Shown: positions 20,051 to 27,949 of the stretch, in pieces
How positions within the stretch are numbered: the first letter of the stretch is position 1
Layout of the letters: the number at the start of each line of letters is the position of its first letter
Assembly (NCBI GenBank): GCA_963702205.1
Contig: OY969724.1
Span: forward strand, 3,712,001 to 3,776,000
Length of the DNA: 64,000 bases
Direction of reading: 5' to 3'
Source: an uncultured candidate division Zixibacteria bacterium
GTDB lineage: Bacteria > Zixibacteria > MSB-5A5 > GN15 > PGXB01
Made by a program: the position numbers and the translations under genes
The notes under the pieces: model-generated
Seen by the model: only the letters and a program-made list of their open reading frames with translations
Database searches by the model: none
What the model was told of the DNA's origin: nothing

Positions 20051-20263
20051 TTCTTTCCTCATCAAATAAGCCGCCAATCTATTACAGAGGCGGCGTCAAG
20101 TCAAGCCAGGAGCGAGCGGCCTGTGCTCCGCAGGCCATGAATGTCAATGAAGGTTCAGGCTGGGGTTTTTTAAATTGTAACCTTGAAATTTCAATAATCG
20201 TAGATTAAACTGCTCTTACAGGGTTTATAATAAATATAATGGTTTAGTCATAAAGCAGGTCTC

Positions 20264-21904
20264 ATGTCGGACGATCTTCAATCTCGGCGAAAATTCATCA
20301 AAATGGTCCTGGCGGCAGCCCCGGTCATAGCTTTCGACTGGTCGGCTTTCCCGATTGGCGCTTTTGCGGAAGGCAGCAGCACTGACCAATGGGATGTCAT
20401 TGTGATCGGCTCCGGGCTGGGCGGACTTTCGGCGGCAGCCGCGTTCGCGCGGCAGGGTTTCCGCGTTCTGGTCCTCGAAAAACACACCCGCGCCGGAGGC
20501 TACGCCACAACCTTCAAACGCCCCGGGGGATTTCAATTCGATGTTTCATTGCACTCGACCTCGTTGCCCGAAAAAGACGGACGCCGATATATACAGGGTT
20601 TCCCAGAAATCACGGGCGTGGATTTCGTCCCCCACCCCAGTACTTTCCGGGCCGTTTTTCCGGACTACGACATCACCTGCCCGCAATGCAAGCCGGAAGA
20701 ATATGTCAACCACCTCAAAGACCACTTCCCTGACGAAGCGGCCGGCATAGATTCAATCTTCGAAACCATGCGCGGCATCGGAAGCGATATAAGCAAGCTG
20801 CAGAGCCTCAACGGCAGGATCGACTATAACCGATTTCCGTTCGACTTCCCATATCTATTCAAAGCCTACAGCCAGCCGTGGGGGCAGATCGTCGACGCGC
20901 AAATCAAGAGTCACAAACTCAGGAGTATCATCAACGTGCAGTGGGGCTATTACGGCCTTCCGCCGTCGAAGCTGTCGCCCATTTATTATGCCCTCCCGTT
21001 CATGGGCTATCTCGAAAACGGCGGCTATTATCCAAAGGGCGGCTCCCAGGTCATTTCCGATGCCTTCGTCAAATTCATCGAAGAGCATGGCGGCAAAGTG
21101 ATGGTCGATACCCCGGTCATTGAAATTCTTATAAAAGACGGCGCCGCCTACGGCGTTCGAACCGCAGACAACAAAACATATGCGGCCCGGGCGATAATCT
21201 CAAACGTCAACGCCCATAATACTTTCAATAAACTCATGACACCCGGCAACAATCTCGCTGAATATCTCGAAAAAATGTCCAAATACACGGTCTCGCTCTC
21301 ATCCTTCCAGGTCTGGCTGGGTTTAAAAAAAGACCTCGTTCACAAGCTTGGTCTTAAAGATACCGAGATATTTTATTTTGATGGCTATGACTATGAAGCC
21401 GCGTTCAAGGCTATGGTTGAAGGCCGGATTGCCGACGTCGGCGGCTACGGGTTAACTCTGTATGATAACTTGTACGATAGCTACTCACCTAAGGGCAAAA
21501 ATACGGTCAACATTATCTCGCTGATGGGTTATGACCACTGGAAAAAATACGAAGACGATTATTTCAAAGGCCACAAAGACGTCTATAACGCCGAAAAGCA
21601 AAGAATCGCGGATTTCCTCATCGACCGGATCGAGCAAACCATGATGCCCGGCCTGCGCGACGCCATCGAAGTCAAAGAAATCGGCAGCCCGCTGACCAAC
21701 GTCCGCTACACAGGAAATTATCGCGGCGGCATTTACGGCTGGGATCAGACGATAGACAATGCCATGCCCAACCGCCTGCCTCAGACGACCCCGATCGACA
21801 ATCTGTATTTATCGGGGGCCTGGACCCAGCCCGGCGGCGGGTACGGCGGTGTCATCTGGAGCGGACTGAGTTGTTTCGGCACTGTCATGAAAAACTGGGG
21901 GTAA
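20264..21904 (+). CDS. FAD-dependent oxidoreductase, phytoene desaturase/retinol saturase family, with Tat signal
   Basis: SRRKFIK twin-arginine motif, VIGSGLGGL, GGYATTF, YPKGGSQ and LYLSGAWTQPGGG. Confidence 0.85.
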   Translation: MSDDLQSRRKFIKMVLAAAPVIAFDWSAFPIGAFAEGSSTDQWDVIVIGSGLGGLSAAAAFARQGFRVLVLEKHTRAGGYATTFKRPGGFQFDVSLHSTSLPEKDGRRYIQGFPEITGVDFVPHPSTFRAVFPDYDITCPQCKPEEYVNHLKDHFPDEAAGIDSIFETMRGIGSDISKLQSLNGRIDYNRFPFDFPYLFKAYSQPWGQIVDAQIKSHKLRSIINVQWGYYGLPPSKLSPIYYALPFMGYLENGGYYPKGGSQVISDAFVKFIEEHGGKVMVDTPVIEILIKDGAAYGVRTADNKTYAARAIISNVNAHNTFNKLMTPGNNLAEYLEKMSKYTVSLSSFQVWLGLKKDLVHKLGLKDTEIFYFDGYDYEAAFKAMVEGRIADVGGYGLTLYDNLYDSYSPKGKNTVNIISLMGYDHWKKYEDDYFKGHKDVYNAEKQRIADFLIDRIEQTMMPGLRDAIEVKEIGSPLTNVRYTGNYRGGIYGWDQTIDNAMPNRLPQTTPIDNLYLSGAWTQPGGGYGGVIWSGLSCFGTVMKNWG

Positions 21905-22036
21905 TAAATAATATTTATCTGGCCCATTCGACAAAACGATCGAGTTGGAGCTTAAATGCGTTTTGCGATTGTTTTTGAATGAGCAAAGGAATATTTTCAA
22001 CGAAAAGTATTTGCCACAAATCATGCGGAGATAAAT

Positions 22037-22528
22037 ATGTCGTATCGTTTCGAACCGATCACGGCCGACGACCGCGAGGCTGTCATCGATATATTCAACC
22101 ACTTCGTCGAAAACAGCTTTGCATCGTACTTCACGAAAAAAATACCGTATGAATCTTTCAATCGTTTTCTGATACTGTTCGCCGACTATCCGGCGGTCAC
22201 CGTTCGTGACGACTCGGGCACCGCCGTCGGATTCGCCTTCATGCACGCTTATCATCCCGCCGACGGAATGCGTCATACCGCCGAGCTGACTTATTTCATC
22301 ATGCCCGACTATACCGGCCGAGGCCTCGGCAAACTCGTATTGGATTATCTGACCGAGGAAGCGCGCGAGCGCGGTATTACTATATTTCTCGCCCAGATTT
22401 CATCGCTCAACGAGCAGAGTCTGAACTTCCACAAGAAGTACGGTTTCCGTGAGGTCGGGAGGCTTGAAAAAATCGGGCGTAAAAACGGCCGCGATTACGA
22501 CGTCGTCTGGGTGCAAAAGGAAATTTAG
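22037..22528 (+). CDS. GNAT N-acetyltransferase (Pat/YncA-like)
   Basis: IFNHFVENS, GRGLGK, NEQSLNFHKKYGF and IGRKNGR. Confidence 0.85.
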   Translation: MSYRFEPITADDREAVIDIFNHFVENSFASYFTKKIPYESFNRFLILFADYPAVTVRDDSGTAVGFAFMHAYHPADGMRHTAELTYFIMPDYTGRGLGKLVLDYLTEEARERGITIFLAQISSLNEQSLNFHKKYGFREVGRLEKIGRKNGRDYDVVWVQKEI

Positions 22529-22535
22529 GGGATAA

Positions 22536-24044
22536 ATGATGACAAGGCGCCATACCCGCAAAATTAGCATTATATTGGCCGCATTATGCATAATTTATCT
22601 GCTGCTCCTTATTCCCGACTCCGAGCCGGTCGCCCCGAACGACGATTCAACCGCGCAGCCGTTCGCGTGGAATCAGGATGATTACTGGTCGTCCCTTGAA
22701 GCCAGGTTCAACGACGCCCGCCGCCTCGGCTTTGATTCGCTTAATAATCAAATCGGTCAGGGATTTGATTCAACCGGCATTTTGATATCCGGCCTGGCCG
22801 TTGATTCATTACAACCCGACGATACACTTTTTAATAAAATCGAAACGCACCTGTTTGGCCTGTCGTGTCTGATAGCCGCCTGTCCGGACAGCCTCCAGGG
22901 CTTGATCGAGCTATATACCAGTCTTCGATATCGGCTTATGAATCAGGCGCAGCATTGGGACATGAATTCCCGGACCGCCCGCGACCGGGTGTATCGGCTG
23001 ATCTACGGCGGCAGAACGGCTCTTGAAGAAGTCATGCTGCAGGCCGGTCCGGACAAATGTCCTGAGTTGGTTTTGGGGGTTTCCGATATTTTACCCGGGA
23101 GATCATTCCCATTTATGGGTGTTACCATTCAATCGGGCGATATTTTCATTTCGAGAGGCGGCGCGCCGACATCGGCTTTAATAGCCCGGGGTAATGATTA
23201 TCCCGGCAACTTCTCTCATGCGGCGTTAGCATGCCTGGACAGACAGGATTCACTTAAGAACGCTTTACCCGAGCCACGTGAAATTTACTTGGTCGAATCG
23301 CACATCGAACAGGGTGTCGTGGTCAGCGATATCGACGAATATCTTAAAGACACCAAGCTGCGCATTCTGATTCTCCGGCTGAGGCCAGATCACCCGGCTC
23401 TTAAGACCATGCCCGAACTCCCGTTATCCGCTGCTCGTTGCGCCATGAGCTTGGCTCTCGCAAAACATATACCCTATGATTTCGCGATGGATATATCAGA
23501 CCCATTGAGGCTTTTTTGCTCAGAAGTGGTTTCCTATGCTTATAGACAGCTCGGAGTCAACCTTTGGGCGAGCCGATCGCACATTTCCAGCCCCGGAGTG
23601 AGAAACTGGCTGGCCGCGTTCGGAGTCCGGAATTTCACGACCCAGGAACCATCGGACCTCGAATACGACCCGCAGCTCCAGGTCGTGGCGGAATGGCGCG
23701 ATTATGAGACTTTATATAAGGACCACCTCGACAACGCCGTGGTCGATGTCATGCTCGAAGACGCCGATCGCGGCATGAAGCTCAAATATAATGTCTTCAC
23801 GCTGCCTGTCGCCCGGATTTTAAAACTTTACAGCTCTATATTAAATCTTTTCGATAAAGCCGGACCGATCCCGGAAGGCATGAACGCCACCGCTGCCCTT
23901 AAAAATGAATGGTTTTCCGGACGACACATGGAAATTGAAGAAAAACTGGAAGACCTGGCCCGGCGATTTAAGGACGAAAACGGCTACCTTGCCCCTTACT
24001 GGGAAATTGTCAAACTTGCCCGGCAGGCAAAAGATTCGATATAA
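22536..24044 (+). CDS. permuted NlpC/P60 (YiiX/YebB-like) papain-like amidase, membrane-anchored
   Basis: QSGDIFISRG, FSHAAL (His), PYDF and LFCSEVV (Cys), in permuted order. Confidence 0.75.
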   Translation: MMTRRHTRKISIILAALCIIYLLLLIPDSEPVAPNDDSTAQPFAWNQDDYWSSLEARFNDARRLGFDSLNNQIGQGFDSTGILISGLAVDSLQPDDTLFNKIETHLFGLSCLIAACPDSLQGLIELYTSLRYRLMNQAQHWDMNSRTARDRVYRLIYGGRTALEEVMLQAGPDKCPELVLGVSDILPGRSFPFMGVTIQSGDIFISRGGAPTSALIARGNDYPGNFSHAALACLDRQDSLKNALPEPREIYLVESHIEQGVVVSDIDEYLKDTKLRILILRLRPDHPALKTMPELPLSAARCAMSLALAKHIPYDFAMDISDPLRLFCSEVVSYAYRQLGVNLWASRSHISSPGVRNWLAAFGVRNFTTQEPSDLEYDPQLQVVAEWRDYETLYKDHLDNAVVDVMLEDADRGMKLKYNVFTLPVARILKLYSSILNLFDKAGPIPEGMNATAALKNEWFSGRHMEIEEKLEDLARRFKDENGYLAPYWEIVKLARQAKDSI

Positions 24045-24243
24045 TATTGTTGAATTTTTGCGTTCGGAAACGTATCTTAGGTTATGACACTATCTCCATA
24101 TTAAACGTTTTATAGGTAGGGATCTTTTAGAAACTAACTGCAAAACCTAATGGGAGATTCTGCGCAATGATGCGCAAATGGCGTTTGTCCCGGGTAGTGG
24201 GTACGACGAACGAGTATCGGGACGAACAAATCTGGAGTGTAGA

Positions 24244-24585
24244 ATGAATATCTACGTGGGCAATCTGTCGCGTACGACGACAGAAGACGATCTTCGCGAC
24301 CTATTCGCCGAGTACGGCGATGTCAGCACTGTGAACATTCTAAAAGATCGCTACACAAATGAACCGCGCGGATTCGGCTTTGTCGAAATGCCCGGCAAAG
24401 ATGAAGCCCTGAAGGCAATCTCCGAGCTTAACGGCGCGGAACTTGGCGGACGCTCGTTGACCATCAACGAGGCTCGACCCCGCAATGACAGTCGCGGCGG
24501 CGGCGGCGGTGGTCGCGGTGGCGGCCGTGGCGGCGGCGGTGGATATCGCAGCGGTGGTGGCGGCGGCGGACGCGGCAGATACTAA
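24244..24585 (+). CDS. RRM RNA-binding protein with Gly/Arg-rich tail
   Basis: MNIYVGNL, RGFGFVEM, NEARPR and an RGG tail. GGAG SD before ATG 24244. Confidence 0.95.
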   Translation: MNIYVGNLSRTTTEDDLRDLFAEYGDVSTVNILKDRYTNEPRGFGFVEMPGKDEALKAISELNGAELGGRSLTINEARPRNDSRGGGGGGRGGGRGGGGGYRSGGGGGGRGRY

Positions 24586-24607
24586 AAAACCGCTTCCTAA
24601 AATTAGC

Positions 24608-24639
24608 AAAAAGGGATTCCCAACCGGAATCCCTTTTTT
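24608..24639 (+). terminator. intrinsic terminator
   Basis: AAAAAGGGATTCC-CAACC-GGAATCCCTTTTTT. Confidence 0.85.
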
Positions 24640-24700
24640 ACAAAGACGAAGCATGTGTTGAAATAAAAAGAATAAGGCCCCGATAATCAGGCTGATCAAC

Positions 24701-25255
24701 ATGACGCATAAAACATACGACATCGTAACCGAGCGGCTCAGGCTAAGGCGTTTTACACTGGCCGACGCCCCCGAAGTTCAGCGCCTGGCCGGAGACAAGT
24801 TGATCGCCGCGACCACTCTCAATATCCCCCACCCCTATGAAGACGGCATGGCCGAAAATTGGATCGAGACGCATCTTAAAGAGGTCGACGAAGGCAAGCT
24901 CAGCAATTTCGCCATAACGCTCAAGAACGATGGTCAGCTTATGGGTGCTATCGGCCTGCATATCAATCCCCGGTTCAACCGTGCCGAACTCGGCTACTGG
25001 GTCGGGGTGCCGTATTGGAGCAAAGGTTACTGCACCGAAGCCGCGCGGGCCGTCGTCAAGCATGGTTTTGAGGATTTAAAGCTCCATCGAATTTTCGCCC
25101 ATCATATGGTCGGCAACGACGGTTCCGGTCGGGTCATGGGAAAGATCGGCATGAACTTTGAAGGTCATCTCCGCGAGCATGTCTGCAAAGATGGGCAATT
25201 TCTCGATTTGAAACTTTATGCAATTCTCGCGAAAGACTTCAACTCTGAAATATAG
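24701..25255 (+). CDS. RimJ/RimL-family GNAT acetyltransferase
   Basis: TERLRLRRF, IPHPY, AELGYW, YWSKGYCTEAA and N..SGRVM.KIGM. Confidence 0.9.
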   Translation: MTHKTYDIVTERLRLRRFTLADAPEVQRLAGDKLIAATTLNIPHPYEDGMAENWIETHLKEVDEGKLSNFAITLKNDGQLMGAIGLHINPRFNRAELGYWVGVPYWSKGYCTEAARAVVKHGFEDLKLHRIFAHHMVGNDGSGRVMGKIGMNFEGHLREHVCKDGQFLDLKLYAILAKDFNSEI

Positions 25256-25257
25256 AC

Positions 25258-26073
25258 TTGCCGACAATGAACCACAAAAAATATACCGATGCCAACCGCG
25301 AGGCGTGGAATGAGGTGACACCCATCCACCGGAAACACCGCCAAATCGACCTGAAATTAAAATTCAGAGAAAAGGGCTACTCCACGCTCGATAGTACAAT
25401 CACGGACAAACTTAAGGAAATCGGCCTGAAAAACAAAACCGTCGCGCAGGTTTTCTGCAACAACGGTCGCGAACTGCTTTCCATGATAAACCTCGGCGCC
25501 GTATCGGGGGTGGGGTTTGACATTTCCGATGAAGCCATAAAAGAAGCCGACGAACTGAAAGCTATCTCTGGGCTCAGCGCCGAATTCGTCCGAACCGATG
25601 TCTATGATATTGATAATGATTACTCCAACAGATTCGATCTGGTCTTTCTTTCAATCGGCGGACTGGTGTGGGCGCCTGATCTGGACGGCGCTTTTGTTAG
25701 AATCGCCGCGCTTTTAAAACCCGGCGGGCATCTGGTCATCTACGACGAGCACCCGTTTTACTATATGCTGGCCTGCGAGGATGAAGAAGGCTTCGATCAC
25801 AAATTTCCCGAAAAGCCGATATATTCCTATTTCAAAACTGATCCGTGGATTTCTAATTCAGGCATAGACTATATCGGCAAAACTACGTACAAAGCCAAAA
25901 CGAATTATAATTTCACGCATAAATTTTCAGACCTGATCAACGCCATCGCAAAACAGGGTATAATAATCTCGGAGCTGCAGGAATATCCTCACGATCTGTC
26001 AGGAGAAATGGAATACCTCGAAAGTAAAAAAATCCTGCCCCTAAGCTATCTGTTGACGGGTATCAAGCGTTAG
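25258..26073 (+). CDS. class I SAM-dependent methyltransferase
   Basis: NREAWNE, CNNGRELLS, GFDISDEAI and LLKPGG. The start may be ATG 25267. Confidence 0.8.
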   Translation: MPTMNHKKYTDANREAWNEVTPIHRKHRQIDLKLKFREKGYSTLDSTITDKLKEIGLKNKTVAQVFCNNGRELLSMINLGAVSGVGFDISDEAIKEADELKAISGLSAEFVRTDVYDIDNDYSNRFDLVFLSIGGLVWAPDLDGAFVRIAALLKPGGHLVIYDEHPFYYMLACEDEEGFDHKFPEKPIYSYFKTDPWISNSGIDYIGKTTYKAKTNYNFTHKFSDLINAIAKQGIIISELQEYPHDLSGEMEYLESKKILPLSYLLTGIKR

Positions 26074-26615
26074 AATTCACCCCAGACCGTATCCATGTCA
26101 GCCTCGGGCTTGGCCAGAAATGTGTCAAAGTCGTACTTATTGATATCGCCGGCGGCGATGTACTTCAGTAGTTGTTTGAACCGCAATAGCGGGATATATC
26201 CGGTCCGGGCGCCCTGGAGCTTGCCGGTCTTGTCGAAAAAATAATGAGACGGAAAGGCATCGAACTTAAAGGCCTTCTTGAGCTGGGCGACAGTAATCGT
26301 ATCGCCCATGAAAAAGATTCGATCTATGCTGTCGGGCTTAACCGAAATGCACGTGAAGTTTTCGTTCATGTACTTGATGATTTCCGGTCGTTCGAAAACG
26401 TCGTATTTCATCCTGCGACAGTACTGACACCAGTCGGCATTGAAGAACATATAGATGGGTTTGGTTCCGAACGGAAATTCCGGCAACGCCTGTTTGGCAT
26501 CCAGGAAGGCCACGGCCGTTTTTATATCTTCGGGCGTTTTCCTCTTATCGCCGCACCCTGACGCGGCCAGGGTCACCAATATTAAAATCAAAATCGCTGT
26601 TGTCGAACGCTTCAT
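26070..26615 (-). CDS. thioredoxin-fold lipoprotein (SoxW-like, WCQYC)
   Basis: Lipobox ASGC, ADWCQYC, cis-Pro FPS and GYIP. Confidence 0.85.
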   Translation of the reverse strand: MKRSTTAILILILVTLAASGCGDKRKTPEDIKTAVAFLDAKQALPEFPFGTKPIYMFFNADWCQYCRRMKYDVFERPEIIKYMNENFTCISVKPDSIDRIFFMGDTITVAQLKKAFKFDAFPSHYFFDKTGKLQGARTGYIPLLRFKQLLKYIAAGDINKYDFDTFLAKPEADMDTVWGEF

Positions 26616-26630
26616 AATTCTTTATACCTG

Positions 26631-26663
26631 CGGACCGACCGGTCCGTTTCGTCAGCACGAAGC
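26631..26663 (-). promoter_or_regulatory. candidate bacterial SECIS element (FmdB gene)
   Basis: After the UGA at 26666-26664 come 17 nt and then CGGACC-GGUC-GGUCCG. The loop starts 23 nt after the UGA. Confidence 0.65.
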
Positions 26664-26858
26664 TCAGCTAAACCCGCTTTTCTGCTTGCAGGAGCCTATG
26701 TCCGCTTTGCCCGAAAATCCCGATGACGCAAATGTCGAAAATTTCTTCTCCACCTTGTCCGACTTGCAGTTCGGGCATATCACCGGACTGCTCGAAGAAC
26801 TCACCAGTTCTTCGAAGTCCTGCTCACAATCCTTGCATGTATACTCATAAAGCGGCAT
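26652..26858 (-). CDS. FmdB-family zinc-ribbon protein, probable selenoprotein (C-terminal U-A-S-C)
   Basis: MPLYEYTCKDC...CPNC. UGA read-through gives ...GSCKQKSGFS-U-A-S-C-stop. True start is ATG 26858 with a GAGG SD. Confidence 0.75.
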
Positions 26859-27049
26859 TATTTTTTCACCTCGCTTAACATAAACAGCACTCCGGCCGCC
26901 ATCCCCAGCACTATGGCCCGACCGGGCCGGCACATCAACGGTCAGGTGGAGCCCAACTGTCCGTAAATCCAGCTTAAACCCCATCCCGCCAGTCCACCGA
27001 ATATAAGACCGGCGGACAAATTCGCAAACAGCTTTTTACTTAACCTCAT
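26858..27049 (-). CDS. unannotated 63-aa two-TM membrane protein, probable selenoprotein (DUF6132-like)
   Basis: MRLSKKLFANLSAGLIFGGLAGWGLSWIYGQLGST-U-PLMCRPGRAIVLGMAAGVLFMLSEVKK*, with an in-frame TGA at 26944-26942. Its start overlaps the DUF302 end and its TAA overlaps the FmdB ATG. Confidence 0.75.
26915..26941 (-). promoter_or_regulatory. candidate bacterial SECIS element (membrane selenoprotein)
   Basis: After the UGA come 13 nt and then GGCCC-GGUC-GGGCC. The loop starts 18 nt after the UGA. Confidence 0.65.
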
Positions 27050-27422
27050 CCATAATGCTCTTCATGACGCCTTCGACGTCCCCGGCCAGCTTTTCCAGCC
27101 CGGCGTCGGGAAATAACTGCGAAATCATACTCGGCCGCGCCAGGGTCATGACGGTCTTCTCACCTTCGGAACGCACGACAATCTTGCACGGCATCATCAG
27201 CGCCACGTTTTTTTCTTTACCCAACGCTTCATGCGCAAACTTGGCATTACAAAGCTCGACTATTTTGAGCGGTCCCGACTCGAAACCCTTTTCTTTAAGA
27301 GTCTGCTGGACGTTATGAACCGCCAGCACGCGGAAGCCGTGTTCTGGAATCGCCTCTTCCAGCCTGGTTGAAACCTCATCGAACGGCCGCGATGATTCTA
27401 TGGTATAGCTCATATCAAACAT
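27036..27422 (-). CDS. DUF302 domain protein
   Basis: GFRVL..HNVQQTLKEKG, IVELCN and LMMPCKIVV. Confidence 0.85.
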   Translation of the reverse strand: MFDMSYTIESSRPFDEVSTRLEEAIPEHGFRVLAVHNVQQTLKEKGFESGPLKIVELCNAKFAHEALGKEKNVALMMPCKIVVRSEGEKTVMTLARPSMISQLFPDAGLEKLAGDVEGVMKSIMDEVK

Positions 27423-27426
27423 CTTG

Positions 27427-27849
27427 TCACTCCTCGATTATTTCATATTCCGACGTTATCTTCGCCGACATAAGCGATTGACTAACCATGCAATACTTGT
27501 CCCTGGACAGTCCGATTGCCTTCTCCACTTTTTTCGGATCGAGTTCTTTTCCGCGAAAACTATATTTAATTTCGATGCGATTGAACGGCTTGGGGTATTC
27601 ATCGGGTGTAAAGCCCCGGACTTCTATATCCAATCCGGTCACGTTCTGACGCATCTTTTCGAGAATACGGACGATATCGATCCCGGTGCACCCGGCGACG
27701 GCAAACAAAACCAGTTCGGTCGGTTTGTATCCATTTTCCTCGCCTCCGGCGGCTTTGGCCCCGTCGGTTGCGATCGTATGTCCGAAAACCGACTTGCCCT
27801 CGAATCTCAGACCGCCGGTCCATTTGACTTTAGCTTCAAGCATCGGCAT
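27427..27849 (-). CDS. OsmC-family (YhfA-like) protein
   Basis: PTELVL.AVAGCTGIDIV and KYCMVS (two catalytic-type Cys). Confidence 0.9.
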   Translation of the reverse strand: MPMLEAKVKWTGGLRFEGKSVFGHTIATDGAKAAGGEENGYKPTELVLFAVAGCTGIDIVRILEKMRQNVTGLDIEVRGFTPDEYPKPFNRIEIKYSFRGKELDPKKVEKAIGLSRDKYCMVSQSLMSAKITSEYEIIEE

Positions 27850-27949
27850 TATTCTCCATTTCTATTTAGATGCATATTTCCCCGTTTCGATTCATAAATT
27901 CGCGGTAAATATAAGATTTTTCACGGGAATTACAGGAGAATAAATGAAA

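Noticed and set aside
24494..24575. GGC-rich tandem repeat
   Set aside because: It encodes the Gly/Arg tail of the RRM protein and is not a CRISPR or an independent repeat.
26859..26984. N-terminal extension of the FmdB ORF in the ORF track
   Set aside because: FmdB proteins start at MP.YEY and an SD precedes 26858. The region is better explained by the overlapping Sec-containing frame.
27415..27429. Read-through of the OsmC TGA
   Set aside because: Another TGA follows three codons later, with no Cys motif or SECIS-like hairpin.
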